Below, piece by piece: positions 9,442 to 20,019 of a stretch of 64,000 nt of DNA (position 1 is the stretch's first letter; each line of letters begins with the position of its first letter). The notes beneath the pieces are model-generated. The model saw only the letters and a program-made list of their open reading frames with translations. It was not told the origin of the DNA and did no database searches. The stretch lies in the NCBI GenBank assembly GCA_944391855.1, contig CALXVB010000003.1, positions 1 to 64,000 on the forward strand. Direction: 5' to 3'. Source of the DNA: an uncultured Clostridia bacterium (lineage in GTDB: Bacteria > Bacillota > Clostridia > TANB77 > CAG-508). The position numbers and the translations under genes are program-made.

Positions 9442-10581
9442 TTATATTTTCTTTTTTAAAGTAGCTTCTATTTCAAAATTTCTAAAATTTCTTTGTATTT
9501 TTAGAGTTACCTTATTTCCTGGTTTTTTTGTATAAATATAGCACCTTAAATCACACATTCTTTCTAAAGGCTTTCCATCTATTGAAAGTATAATGTCTCC
9601 TTGCCTTAAACCAGCCGCTTCTGCCGCTGAATTTTTATTTACACTTTCAATATATATTCCTTCATTAAATCTTAAATTATCATCAATATATCCTAGTACG
9701 TTTTTGTCAAATGCAAATACCCCTAAACTTGCTTCTTCAAATCTACCACTGTTTTTAAAACCCTCTATTACTGCCTTTACTGAATTAATTGGTATTGCAA
9801 AACTTATTCCTTCTGCTGAAGTTATTTTTACCCCATTTATTCCTATTACTTCTCCATTAATATTAATAAGTGGCCCTCCACTATTTCCAGGATTTATTGT
9901 CGCATCTGTTTGAATTAAGTCTTCCATATATGTTTCTTTTTCATCTTCTTCAAACTTAATTGTTCTATTAACTGCACTTATTATTCCAGAAGTTACGCTT
10001 CTTTGAAATTCATATCCTATTGGATTTCCTATAGCATAAACTGTTTCTCCTACTTCTACTTTATCTGAATCTCCTAATGTTGCAGTAGTAAGACCTTTTT
10101 GATTTATTTTTACTATTGACATATCTATATCTGTATTAGACCACACAACCTGTCCGTTATACGTTTTCCCGTCTACTAAAGTCACATAGCATTTACTATA
10201 CTTTTCTCCACTTACATGAGCATTTGTTAAAATATATCCATTTTCTGATACTATTACCCCTGTGCCCAAACCTAAATTTGTTATATTGTCCCACGAAAAT
10301 ATACTACTTCCGGTATTTTCTATTTTAGAAATTCCAACTACAGAATTACTTAAATTAGAAAGCATATCTGTAACTGTCTCATTTTTTTCTTGAGCCTCTT
10401 CTATTGTTTGTGAGGTTTTTTCTATTAGTACATTTTCTTCTGCTAGTTTCTCCTCATTTACTTGTGTAGTTTGATAAATTATGTAAGATAAAATTAGTAT
10501 TAAAAAAACTAAAAGAAATATTAATATTTTTATTAAATTTTCTTTTAGGTTTTTTTTCTTATCTCTTTTTATATAATCCAT
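9442..10581 (-). CDS. htrA: HtrA/DegP-family serine protease with N-terminal membrane anchor and PDZ domain
   Basis: TNAHV (His), GNSGGPLIN (Ser) and a C-terminal PDZ-like segment (GLRQGDIILSIDGKPL). Confidence 0.9.
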   Translation of the reverse strand: MDYIKRDKKKNLKENLIKILIFLLVFLILILSYIIYQTTQVNEEKLAEENVLIEKTSQTIEEAQEKNETVTDMLSNLSNSVVGISKIENTGSSIFSWDNITNLGLGTGVIVSENGYILTNAHVSGEKYSKCYVTLVDGKTYNGQVVWSNTDIDMSIVKINQKGLTTATLGDSDKVEVGETVYAIGNPIGYEFQRSVTSGIISAVNRTIKFEEDEKETYMEDLIQTDATINPGNSGGPLININGEVIGINGVKITSAEGISFAIPINSVKAVIEGFKNSGRFEEASLGVFAFDKNVLGYIDDNLRFNEGIYIESVNKNSAAEAAGLRQGDIILSIDGKPLERMCDLRCYIYTKKPGNKVTLKIQRNFRNFEIEATLKKKI

Positions 10582-10695
10582 ATATTTTCCTCCAGGTAAA
10601 ATATTTATTATATATATTTTTACCTAAATTTGTTAATTTAAACATGTGGATTTGAATTATATGTTATTTATTTTTCTGGCTGTTTTGTTTGTTTT

Positions 10696-12402
10696 TTATT
10701 TTGTCTTTTCAAGTTTTTTTAATTCTACAAATCTTTTTACCTTTTGTGTTGTAGTTTTTTCTAGTGGCTTATCTGTTAGAATAATTTCTTTTATATGTTT
10801 AAAAGTAGGTAATTCTTTATTTATATTTTTTATATCTTCCCATACTAATTTCTCATATTCTTTTTCTGTTTTTTCTCCAAAGTGATCCTTTATATTGTCC
10901 TTGTTATACACAATTTTTGCACAAAGTACAGTGTCTGTTTTACTCTTGTTACGTGCATATACCATGTTTTCTTCTACATATGGAAGTTTATTTATTAAAA
11001 ATTCTAATTCTTGTGGATAAATGTTTTTACCGTTTTTTAATACAATAATATCACTCTTTCTTCCAGTTATATATATAAATCCATCATTATCTATATATCC
11101 ATAGTCCCCTGTGTGAAGCCAGCCATTATCTAATGTTTTTTTAGTTGCCTCTTCATTCTCATAATATCCTAGCATTATGTTAGGGCCTTTTCCTAGTATT
11201 TCTCCTATTCCATTTTTATCTGGATTATCTATTTTTATTTCTACATTTTTAAGTGGTATTCCTATTGAGCCTGCTCTTTTCTTATCAGAAGATTCTGCTG
11301 TAAGTACAGGTGAACTTTCTGTTAAACCATATCCTTGAATTAGTTCTATTCCTAAATCGTTATACCATTCTATAGTTACTTTATCCATAGGCGCTGCACC
11401 ATAAAGTACAACTCTTAAATATTCATCAAATTGTTTTAATACAGGCTTAAATAATTTCTTTCTTACGTCTATTTTACACTTTAGAAGTCCGTGAGAAAGT
11501 TTAGTCATTTTATCTATTAAACCTTTTTTTCCGCTATCGCTAATTGCTTTTTGAATTTTTTTAGCCATTGTTTCAAGTACTAGTGGAACTGCAACAAATA
11601 CGGATACCTTAAATTCTTTTAAATTATCTGCTATATATCTTAATCCTTCACAAAACGCTATTGTTGCACCACAAAATGTACCATATAAAAATGTTATGCT
11701 ACACTCAAAAGTATGGTGTATTGGCAAGAAAGAAAGTAGTGTATCTGTTTCATATATCATAAAATTATATTGATAATTTGAAACATTTTTACAAATATTT
11801 TCTTGTGAAAGCATTACTGCTTTTGGTTCATTAGTTGTGCCTGAAGTAAATAGCATAATGTACATTTCATTTTCATTAAGTTTAATTTCGTCGTATTTTG
11901 CTTTACCTGCCTTTATTACGTCTTCTCCATCTTTTAGCATATTTTCAAATTTTAATACTCCGTCTTTTTCTATATTATCCATGCATATTTTGTATTTTAT
12001 GTTACAGCCTTGGCTAATGGCTTCATCTACTGCATTTTGATATTTTTCTTCATATACTATTGCGTCTACCCCGCTTCTTTTTAAAAGTTTTTCTATTTCT
12101 TTATCTGTTAATGCCTTATCTAATGGTACTATTATTCTTCCAGCTGTTGTTACTCCTAAATATGTTATACACCATTCATACCTATTATTTCCTATAACAG
12201 CTACTCTTTTGACATCTGAAGAAATTACTTTTTCCGCTACTTTTTTTATGTCTCCTACATATTTACTATATGTTACTTCTTCTACTTTTCCATTTCTTTT
12301 ATACTTAAAAGCAATGTTTTCTCCATAGCCTTCATATTTTTTTACTAATTCTCTGAAGTTCGATATCTCTTCATAATACTTGATTTTATCTTTTTTTCTC
12401 AC
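10696..12402 (-). CDS. Long-chain acyl-CoA synthetase (AMP-forming, FadD-like)
   Basis: 568 aa. AMP-binding core LFTSGTTNEPKAVMLSQEN and TGDYGYIDNDGFIYITGRKSD. GTG start with SD AGGAGGA. Divergent from the NRPS. Confidence 0.85.
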   Translation of the reverse strand: MRKKDKIKYYEEISNFRELVKKYEGYGENIAFKYKRNGKVEEVTYSKYVGDIKKVAEKVISSDVKRVAVIGNNRYEWCITYLGVTTAGRIIVPLDKALTDKEIEKLLKRSGVDAIVYEEKYQNAVDEAISQGCNIKYKICMDNIEKDGVLKFENMLKDGEDVIKAGKAKYDEIKLNENEMYIMLFTSGTTNEPKAVMLSQENICKNVSNYQYNFMIYETDTLLSFLPIHHTFECSITFLYGTFCGATIAFCEGLRYIADNLKEFKVSVFVAVPLVLETMAKKIQKAISDSGKKGLIDKMTKLSHGLLKCKIDVRKKLFKPVLKQFDEYLRVVLYGAAPMDKVTIEWYNDLGIELIQGYGLTESSPVLTAESSDKKRAGSIGIPLKNVEIKIDNPDKNGIGEILGKGPNIMLGYYENEEATKKTLDNGWLHTGDYGYIDNDGFIYITGRKSDIIVLKNGKNIYPQELEFLINKLPYVEENMVYARNKSKTDTVLCAKIVYNKDNIKDHFGEKTEKEYEKLVWEDIKNINKELPTFKHIKEIILTDKPLEKTTTQKVKRFVELKKLEKTK

Positions 12403-12548
12403 TAAATTTCCTCCTAATTATTGACTTATATTATATGTTAGATATTTTATAACAAATTCACAGTTTTTTCAATATAGCTGTCATTTTATATTGCTTTTTG
12501 TAATAAAAAATTATATAATATCTTCAAATTTATAAAATCAATATTAGG

Positions 12549-15500
12549 GTGAAAAATATGTTAGAAAAAAATGTTTACGGACTTACAGGTCCACAGAAAA
12601 ATATTTGGAATACAGAACTATTTTTTAATAATTCCAACGTTAATAATGTATGTGCTTCAGGTATTCTTCATGAAGCATTGGATTTTGATTTACTAAAGCA
12701 GGCTTTAAATATACTTGTTAAAGAAAACGATAGTTTTAGAGTTCGCATACAAGTAAAAGATAATGTTCCTGTTCAATATTTTAGTGATTTTGTTCCCTTT
12801 GATGTAGACATATTAAATGCAAATAACAAGAAAGACTTTGCAAAAATAGAGCAAGAAACAGTTTCTAAAAAATTTAATATTTTGGATTCTGATTTATTCT
12901 TATTTAAATTAGTCAGATTTCCTGATAGTACAGGTGGAATAATTTTAAATGTTCACCATATTATTTCTGACTCTTGGTCTTTAGGACTTGTTATACAAGA
13001 GATTATTAAAATTTACCATGCTTTAAAAGCAAATATTGATTATGTACCTGATACATTTTCATATATAGAATATATCAATTCTGAAGAGAAATATAAATCA
13101 AGTAAAAGATATCTATCTGACAAAGAATTTTGGTCAGACTATTTAAGTTCACTCCCTGAACCTGTTACAATTCCAGGTTTAGTTACTTCCACCTCTTCTT
13201 CTAGAGGAAATAGACTTTCATATACAATAGATAAAAAAACTTGTAATTTAATAAATGAATATTGTAGAAGTAATAATATTTCTAACTATGTTTTCTTTAT
13301 GTCTATTTTTGCTTTATATATTGCAAATATTTCCGACTCATTAGACTTTATAATAGGTACACCTATATTAAATAGAACTAATTTTAAAGAGAAAAATACC
13401 ATTGGTATGTTTGTAGAAACAGTACCTTTTAGATTTTCTTTAGACATTTCTTCTAGTTTCAAGGAACTTTCTTCTAAAACTAGTCTTAATTTAATGTCTT
13501 TATTAAGACATCAAAAATATTCATATACAGATATGTTAGAAGATTTGAGAAAACAAGATAATAATATTCCTAATTTATATAATATAGCCATTTCGTATCA
13601 AATTACTAAAGCTTTTTCTAGTGATATTGGAGATTATGAAACAAATTGGGCTTTTAATAACAACTCTTTAAATGATATGAATATACATATATATGATATT
13701 AACGATACTGGATCTTTACAAATCAATTATGATTATCTAATTGATAAATATGCAGAAAAAGATATTGAATTTTTACATTTAAGAATATTAAATATTATTA
13801 AACAAGTGCTAAATTCATCTAATAATTTAAAATTAAGCGATATTAAAGTTATTACTGATGAAGAATTTGGCCAATTAAGTAAATTTAACAACTACACATT
13901 GAACTATTCAACAGCTACTGTTAATGAATTAATTTCAGAAGCTGCTGATAAATACCCTAATAATATTGCAGTGGTAGATAATAATAGGAGAATAACATAT
14001 AGTCAACTCGAGAATTATTCTAATATTATTGCTAACATTTTAATAAAGAATAATATTAAAAGCAATGAAATAGTAGGTATATATATGCCTGAGAAAAATA
14101 TAGATTTAATTTGTTCTGCCTTAGGCATTTTAAAAACTGGTAGCGCTTTTTTAGGTATATATAATGAATATCCTTTAGATAGAATTATATATATGCTTAA
14201 GGATAGCAATTCAAAATGTCTTATTGTAGATGACCTAAATAATCCAAATGTTAAAGCTATAAAAACTGCTATTCCTAATATTTTATTGATTGAAACTAAT
14301 TCTTTAGATTTTTCTAAAAAGTTAGATTTTAAAATAAATACTAAAATAGATTTAGACTCAAATGCATATATAATATATACGTCAGGATCTACTGGTAAGC
14401 CTAAAGGAGTATCATTATCTCATAAGAACTTAATAAACTTTGTATATAGCTTTAGAGAGCATCTACAAGGTGTTGATATAACTGATAGATTTATTAGTGT
14501 TACTAATATTTGTTTTGATGTTAGTATGTCCGAAATATTTACACCTTTGTTTTTTGGTGCAAGTCTCTATTTGTATAAAGACTTAAATTATAGTACACCA
14601 AAAGAACTTGCTGAATATATTACAAAGAATGAGATTACATTTTCATATTTTCCACCTGCTCTACTCTCTCATGTATGTAATGAACTTAAAAAATTAGATG
14701 GTGTAAAATTGTGTAAAATGTTAGTCGGCGTTGAGCCAATTAAAGCCGCTACACTTTCTGAATTTTTGAAAATAAATCCTAATATGAGAATTGTAAATGG
14801 TTATGGTCCAACAGAGACAACTATATGCTGTACAATGTATGATTTTGGTAATACTCTTCCTGCTGATTCTATAGTACCTATAGGTATGCCATTGTATAAC
14901 AATCATCTTTATGTTTTTAATAAATTTATGAACTACTTGCCTATTAATTATCCTGGTATTTTGTGGGTAGCTGGTGATAACGTAGGAAATGGATATATAG
15001 GACAAGCAAAAAATACCACTGATACATATAAAGTATTTAATGGCACTAATTTCTATAATACTGGAGATTTAGTAAAATGGGATGAAAACGGTGTTTTACA
15101 TTTTATTGGTAGAAAAGATAACCAGATTAAATTTCATGGTTATAGAATCGATTTAGGTGAAATTGAAGCTGCAATAAAGAAATTTGAAAATGTAAGTAAT
15201 TGCTTTGTCTTGTCAAATAAAACAAATGAAGTGGATAGATTGGTAGCTTTTATAACTTCTCATTCTATAATAAATGAATTTGATATTAGAACATTTATAT
15301 CTAATATCTTGCCACATTATATGATTCCAAGCGAATTTATCTTTTTAGATACTTTCCCATTAACTCCTAATGGAAAGATAGATAAAAAAGCTTTATTAGA
15401 GCTTGCTAATGTTAAATTTAACAGTTCTAAAGATAATGTAAAACCTAGCTCTCCACTAGAAAATACTCTTGCTAATATATTTTCTAGCGTACTTGGTATA

Positions 15501-18500
15501 TCACAAATTAGTGTGAACGATAACTTTTTTGAACTTGGTGGTGATTCACTAAATGCAATTAAATTAATTGGTAAAATAGAAGAAGAATTACACATGAAAA
15601 TATTAATAAAAGATATTTTTAGCTTTCCTACAGTTGCATCAATGGCTAAATATATAGATCAATACTCTTCAAAAAGTGAAAAAAGAACTATTACGCCAAC
15701 TACTAAAGAAGAGTTTTACCCTCTAAGTTTTGCACAAAAAAGAATATATTATACAGTAAAATTAAATGAAAATTCTATTGTATATAACACACCATTTGGA
15801 ATTATCTTTGACAAAATGCCTGATACTTTAAAATTAGAGGCTTGCTTTAATACAATAATAGATACTAATCAAGCATTACGTACATACTTTGATATAGAGA
15901 ATGGAGAAGTTGTACAGAAAGTTAAGGATAAGATAGATTTTAAATTAGATGTTGTAGAAACAGAAAATAAGAGTATTAATGAAATTTTTGATGATTTCGT
16001 ACAACCTTTTGATTTAAATACAGCACCACTATTTAGAGCCAAATTTGTAAAATCAGGAAATATATATATTTTGCTTGTAGACATGCATCATATTATTTGT
16101 GATGGTCAATCAGCTAATATATTAGCAGATAAACTTTGTAAATTATATAATGATACTTCTATAGAAAAAAATGATATTGACTATATTGATTTTGTAGTTT
16201 GGGAAAGAAAAAACTCTCAAACAGAAGAGTTTGAAAAATCAAAAGAGTTTTGGGTAAATAATTTTAAAGGAGAATTACCTGTTTTAAATATGCCTTTACA
16301 AAAAACTAGACCTAAGGTTCAGTCTTTTAGAGGAAATAAAATATATGATAAAATAGAAGATACAGCTAAATTATATGAATTATGTAAGAACCTTAATGTT
16401 ACACCATATATGCTATTACTATCTTTATATTATGTATTATTATATAAATACACCGGTCAAGACGAATTTGTTGTAGGTTCTCCTATTACAGGTAGGGATA
16501 ATATTCAAACTTCTAATATTATTGGTATGTTTGTTAATACTTTACCTTTAAAGGCTACAGTTAATAAAAATACAAGTTTCCATAACTTGTTAAGCCAAGT
16601 AATGAATAATTGTATTAGAGCTTTTGAAAATCAGTTATATCCTTTTGATGAGCTTGTAAAAGAATTAGATATTCCAAGAGATTCTAGTACTACTCCTATA
16701 TTTAGCACAATGTTTACATTCCAAAATACAGGTGTTCCAAGTTTAGAATTAAATGGTTTGAATGTAAAATATTATATTCCTGATAATAAGACTGCTAAAT
16801 TTGATTTTTCGTTGGAGATATCTCCAATAGGTAATGATTTAGACTTAAATTTAGAATATTGTATTGATTTATTTGATAAGGAATTTATGCAAGATTTTCT
16901 AAAACATTATATTAATATTTATAACTATATATTAAATAATGATATGGAAGTTTTAATAAAAGATATACCTATATTATCTAAAGAAGAAGAAAATTCCTTG
17001 ATATATGAATATAATGATACATATATTGAATATCCTCGTGATAAAACAATAATACAGTTATTTGAAAAACAGGTAAAAGAAACTCCAAATAAAACTGCTA
17101 TTATATTTAATAATAAATCTATAACATATAAAGAATTAAATAAAAAAGCTAACCAAATTGCTTATTATTTAAGGGAAAATGGTATTAAACCTAATAATGT
17201 AGTTGGTATAATGGTAAATCGTTCTTTCGAATTAATTGCTTGCATGCTGGGAATTTTGAAGTCAGGCGCTGCATATTTGCCAATAGACCCAACATATCCA
17301 CAAGAAAGGATAAATTATATTATTAAAGATAGTAATGTTAATATATTACTTACATTAGATAACTTGATAAATAATATTAACATAGATTCTAATGCTAAAG
17401 TTTTACCTGTAAATTTTGATACTAGTGCAATCTACAATTTACCTGATGATAATTTAGATACTGTAAATAAACCAGAAGATTTAGCATATTTAATATATAC
17501 TTCTGGTTCTACTGGTAATCCAAAAGGAGTTATGCTTACACATAGAAATGTTAATAATTTTATAGAAGCAACCTGTAAAGAAATAGAATTTGAAAATATA
17601 ATAGTTTCTGTTACAACTTTCTGTTTTGATATATTTGTGTTAGAATCATTACTTCCTTTGCAAAAAGGATTAACAATAGTACTTGCAAATGAAGAAGAAC
17701 AAAACATACCTCAAAGACTAAATGAACTATGTAATGCCAATAACGTACAAATGTTACAGACAACTCCTGCTAGAATGTCTTTGCTCTTAAGTGATAAAGA
17801 TTCTTTAGAATATATCAAAAACTTAAAAGTAATAATGCTTGGAGGAGAACCATTCCCTCAAAAATTACTTGAAGAACTTAAAAGATTAACAGAGGCAAGA
17901 ATATATAATATGTATGGTCCAACAGAAACTACAGTATGGTCTTCTATAAAAGAACTTACAAATACCTCTGAAATAACTATAGGAAGGCCAATGGGTAATA
18001 CCCAATTCTATATTTTAGATAATGATAATAATCTCTTATCTGCCGGTATGGAAGGACATTTATTCATTGGTGGAGATGGTGTAGGTAACGGATATTTACA
18101 TAGAGTAGAATTAACTAAAGAAAAATTTATAAATAACCCATATAGAGAGAATGATATAATATATGATACAGGAGATATGGCAAAATGGAATAATGAAAAA
18201 GAAGCTATTTGTTTAGGAAGATCTGATTTCCAAGTAAAACTTCACGGTCTTAGAATTGAACTTTCTGAAATAGAAAATAGAATTGTACAATTTCCGAATA
18301 TATCCAAAGCAGTTGTTTGTGTAAAAAAGGATAATTTAGAAAGAGATTTCTTATGTGCTTATTTCGTATCTAAAAGTAGAATAAGTACACCTGCCTTGAA
18401 GGACTTTTTAAGTAAATTCTTACCTACTTACATGGTACCAAATAAATTTAAACAATTATCTGATTTCAAATACACACCTAACGGAAAGATAGATAAGAAA

Positions 18501-19994
18501 GCTTTGCCAGAAATTAGATTTCAAACAAAGAAAGATAACATAGAATTACCTAAAACAGCAACAGAAAAAAAATTGTCTAAAATATATGAAGAGCTTTTAA
18601 GTATTTCTCCAATAAGCATTAATGATAATTTCTTCGAAATTGGTGGAGATTCAATGCTTGCATTAAAGTTGCAAATTAAGTTATTAAATGATAATATATA
18701 TATCACCTATGCAGATATTTTTAAATATCCTACAATAAGACAATTAGCAAATAAGCTTGATACTAATATAGAAAATAATAGTATTTCTGTAGAAAATTAC
18801 GATTTTTCTAATATTCATTCACTTATAAAAGTTAATAGTATAGAAAATATCAAAAGTATATCAAAATTAGAAAAAAGAGAAACCGGAAATATTATTCTTA
18901 CTGGTGCTACTGGCTTTTTAGGTGCGCATATATTATCGCATATATTAGATAATACAAATCTAAAAGTTTATTGTTTATTACGACCTGATTTAAGTATAGA
19001 TATAAATACTAAATTATTAAAAAGATTACAATATTATTTTGGTAATAAATATGATAAATTAATGAATATAAGGATATTTGCAATATCTTCAGATATTACT
19101 AGTGAAGGACTTGGCTTAAACATTGATACACTTACCCTATTGAATAAAGAAGCTTCTTGTGTTATAAATAGTGCTGCTATTGTAAAACATTATGGAGATT
19201 ATTCAGATTTTGAAAAGATAAATGTAAATGGAGTAAAAAATTTAATAAATTTCTGTATTAATAATAATAAAGAATTAATACAAATTTCTACAACTAGTGT
19301 GTCTGGAAATACCTTGTTTGATTTAGCTATTGATAATAATAACTTTAAGGAAGATATTGAATTTAATGAAACTAATTTCTACATTGGACAATCTTTGGAA
19401 AATGTATATGTGCGTAGTAAGTTTGAAGCAGAAAAAATTATATTTGAAAATATGTTTCATAATAACCTAAGGGCATTAATATTAAGAATAGGAAATATAA
19501 CTAATAGAAGTACTGATGGTAAATTTCAGCCCAACGCTTCTGAAAATGCATTTTTAAATAGATTAAAAGCATTTTTAGAGTTAAAATGTGTTCCAAACTA
19601 TTTAAAAAACATATATATTGAATTTAGCCCAGTAGATAAAGTAGCAGAAGCTATATATAAAGCAATATGTTACTCAAATAAATTTAATGTTTTTCACATA
19701 TATAATCCAAACCATATATATATGGAAGATTTAGTTCAGTTATTACCTGAAAATAAATTGACTTTTGTAGAAGATGAAGTATTTGATAAGAAATTACATA
19801 ACTTTATGAAAAAGGTTAGCGATACTACTTCTGTTTCTTACTTAATAAATGATTTAAATAAAGACCAACATATAAATTATGATAATTATATAAAAATAAA
19901 AAATGACTTTACTACTTACTTTTTAAATAAATCTAACTTTAGATGGAATAAAATTGATAAAGATTATATTGAAAAACTATTAAAAAACTTTTAA
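12549..19994 (+). CDS. Bimodular non-ribosomal peptide synthetase, C-A-T-C-A-T-R (terminal thioester reductase)
   Basis: C1 motif HHIISDSWS (His aa 136, nt 12954). A1 core TSGSTGKPKG at nt 14379-14408. T1 motif GGDS, Ser aa 1000 (nt 15546). C2 motif HHIICDG (nt 16086). A2 core TSGSTGNPKG at nt 17499-17528. T2 motif GGDS, Ser aa 2035 (nt 18651). R domain GATGFLG (nt 18903-18923) plus YVRSK. The true start may be ATG 12558 (MLEKN), 8 nt after AGGGTG. Confidence 0.95.
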   Translation: MKNMLEKNVYGLTGPQKNIWNTELFFNNSNVNNVCASGILHEALDFDLLKQALNILVKENDSFRVRIQVKDNVPVQYFSDFVPFDVDILNANNKKDFAKIEQETVSKKFNILDSDLFLFKLVRFPDSTGGIILNVHHIISDSWSLGLVIQEIIKIYHALKANIDYVPDTFSYIEYINSEEKYKSSKRYLSDKEFWSDYLSSLPEPVTIPGLVTSTSSSRGNRLSYTIDKKTCNLINEYCRSNNISNYVFFMSIFALYIANISDSLDFIIGTPILNRTNFKEKNTIGMFVETVPFRFSLDISSSFKELSSKTSLNLMSLLRHQKYSYTDMLEDLRKQDNNIPNLYNIAISYQITKAFSSDIGDYETNWAFNNNSLNDMNIHIYDINDTGSLQINYDYLIDKYAEKDIEFLHLRILNIIKQVLNSSNNLKLSDIKVITDEEFGQLSKFNNYTLNYSTATVNELISEAADKYPNNIAVVDNNRRITYSQLENYSNIIANILIKNNIKSNEIVGIYMPEKNIDLICSALGILKTGSAFLGIYNEYPLDRIIYMLKDSNSKCLIVDDLNNPNVKAIKTAIPNILLIETNSLDFSKKLDFKINTKIDLDSNAYIIYTSGSTGKPKGVSLSHKNLINFVYSFREHLQGVDITDRFISVTNICFDVSMSEIFTPLFFGASLYLYKDLNYSTPKELAEYITKNEITFSYFPPALLSHVCNELKKLDGVKLCKMLVGVEPIKAATLSEFLKINPNMRIVNGYGPTETTICCTMYDFGNTLPADSIVPIGMPLYNNHLYVFNKFMNYLPINYPGILWVAGDNVGNGYIGQAKNTTDTYKVFNGTNFYNTGDLVKWDENGVLHFIGRKDNQIKFHGYRIDLGEIEAAIKKFENVSNCFVLSNKTNEVDRLVAFITSHSIINEFDIRTFISNILPHYMIPSEFIFLDTFPLTPNGKIDKKALLELANVKFNSSKDNVKPSSPLENTLANIFSSVLGISQISVNDNFFELGGDSLNAIKLIGKIEEELHMKILIKDIFSFPTVASMAKYIDQYSSKSEKRTITPTTKEEFYPLSFAQKRIYYTVKLNENSIVYNTPFGIIFDKMPDTLKLEACFNTIIDTNQALRTYFDIENGEVVQKVKDKIDFKLDVVETENKSINEIFDDFVQPFDLNTAPLFRAKFVKSGNIYILLVDMHHIICDGQSANILADKLCKLYNDTSIEKNDIDYIDFVVWERKNSQTEEFEKSKEFWVNNFKGELPVLNMPLQKTRPKVQSFRGNKIYDKIEDTAKLYELCKNLNVTPYMLLLSLYYVLLYKYTGQDEFVVGSPITGRDNIQTSNIIGMFVNTLPLKATVNKNTSFHNLLSQVMNNCIRAFENQLYPFDELVKELDIPRDSSTTPIFSTMFTFQNTGVPSLELNGLNVKYYIPDNKTAKFDFSLEISPIGNDLDLNLEYCIDLFDKEFMQDFLKHYINIYNYILNNDMEVLIKDIPILSKEEENSLIYEYNDTYIEYPRDKTIIQLFEKQVKETPNKTAIIFNNKSITYKELNKKANQIAYYLRENGIKPNNVVGIMVNRSFELIACMLGILKSGAAYLPIDPTYPQERINYIIKDSNVNILLTLDNLINNINIDSNAKVLPVNFDTSAIYNLPDDNLDTVNKPEDLAYLIYTSGSTGNPKGVMLTHRNVNNFIEATCKEIEFENIIVSVTTFCFDIFVLESLLPLQKGLTIVLANEEEQNIPQRLNELCNANNVQMLQTTPARMSLLLSDKDSLEYIKNLKVIMLGGEPFPQKLLEELKRLTEARIYNMYGPTETTVWSSIKELTNTSEITIGRPMGNTQFYILDNDNNLLSAGMEGHLFIGGDGVGNGYLHRVELTKEKFINNPYRENDIIYDTGDMAKWNNEKEAICLGRSDFQVKLHGLRIELSEIENRIVQFPNISKAVVCVKKDNLERDFLCAYFVSKSRISTPALKDFLSKFLPTYMVPNKFKQLSDFKYTPNGKIDKKALPEIRFQTKKDNIELPKTATEKKLSKIYEELLSISPISINDNFFEIGGDSMLALKLQIKLLNDNIYITYADIFKYPTIRQLANKLDTNIENNSISVENYDFSNIHSLIKVNSIENIKSISKLEKRETGNIILTGATGFLGAHILSHILDNTNLKVYCLLRPDLSIDINTKLLKRLQYYFGNKYDKLMNIRIFAISSDITSEGLGLNIDTLTLLNKEASCVINSAAIVKHYGDYSDFEKINVNGVKNLINFCINNNKELIQISTTSVSGNTLFDLAIDNNNFKEDIEFNETNFYIGQSLENVYVRSKFEAEKIIFENMFHNNLRALILRIGNITNRSTDGKFQPNASENAFLNRLKAFLELKCVPNYLKNIYIEFSPVDKVAEAIYKAICYSNKFNVFHIYNPNHIYMEDLVQLLPENKLTFVEDEVFDKKLHNFMKKVSDTTSVSYLINDLNKDQHINYDNYIKIKNDFTTYFLNKSNFRWNKIDKDYIEKLLKNF

Positions 19995-20019
19995 TTATAT
20001 TATAGGAGGAAAACATAGG

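Noticed and set aside
14015-18706. Several 60-95-aa antisense ORFs inside the NRPS (14015-14209, 14721-15005, 15317-15595, 15869-16084, 17432-17707, 18521-18706). Similar antisense ORFs occur inside tex, gyrA, gyrB, virB4-like, vanW and other genes
   Set aside because: All are embedded antisense or out of frame in long ORFs with clear domain signatures. They have low-complexity Leu/Phe/Ser/Ile translations typical of AT-rich shadow frames.
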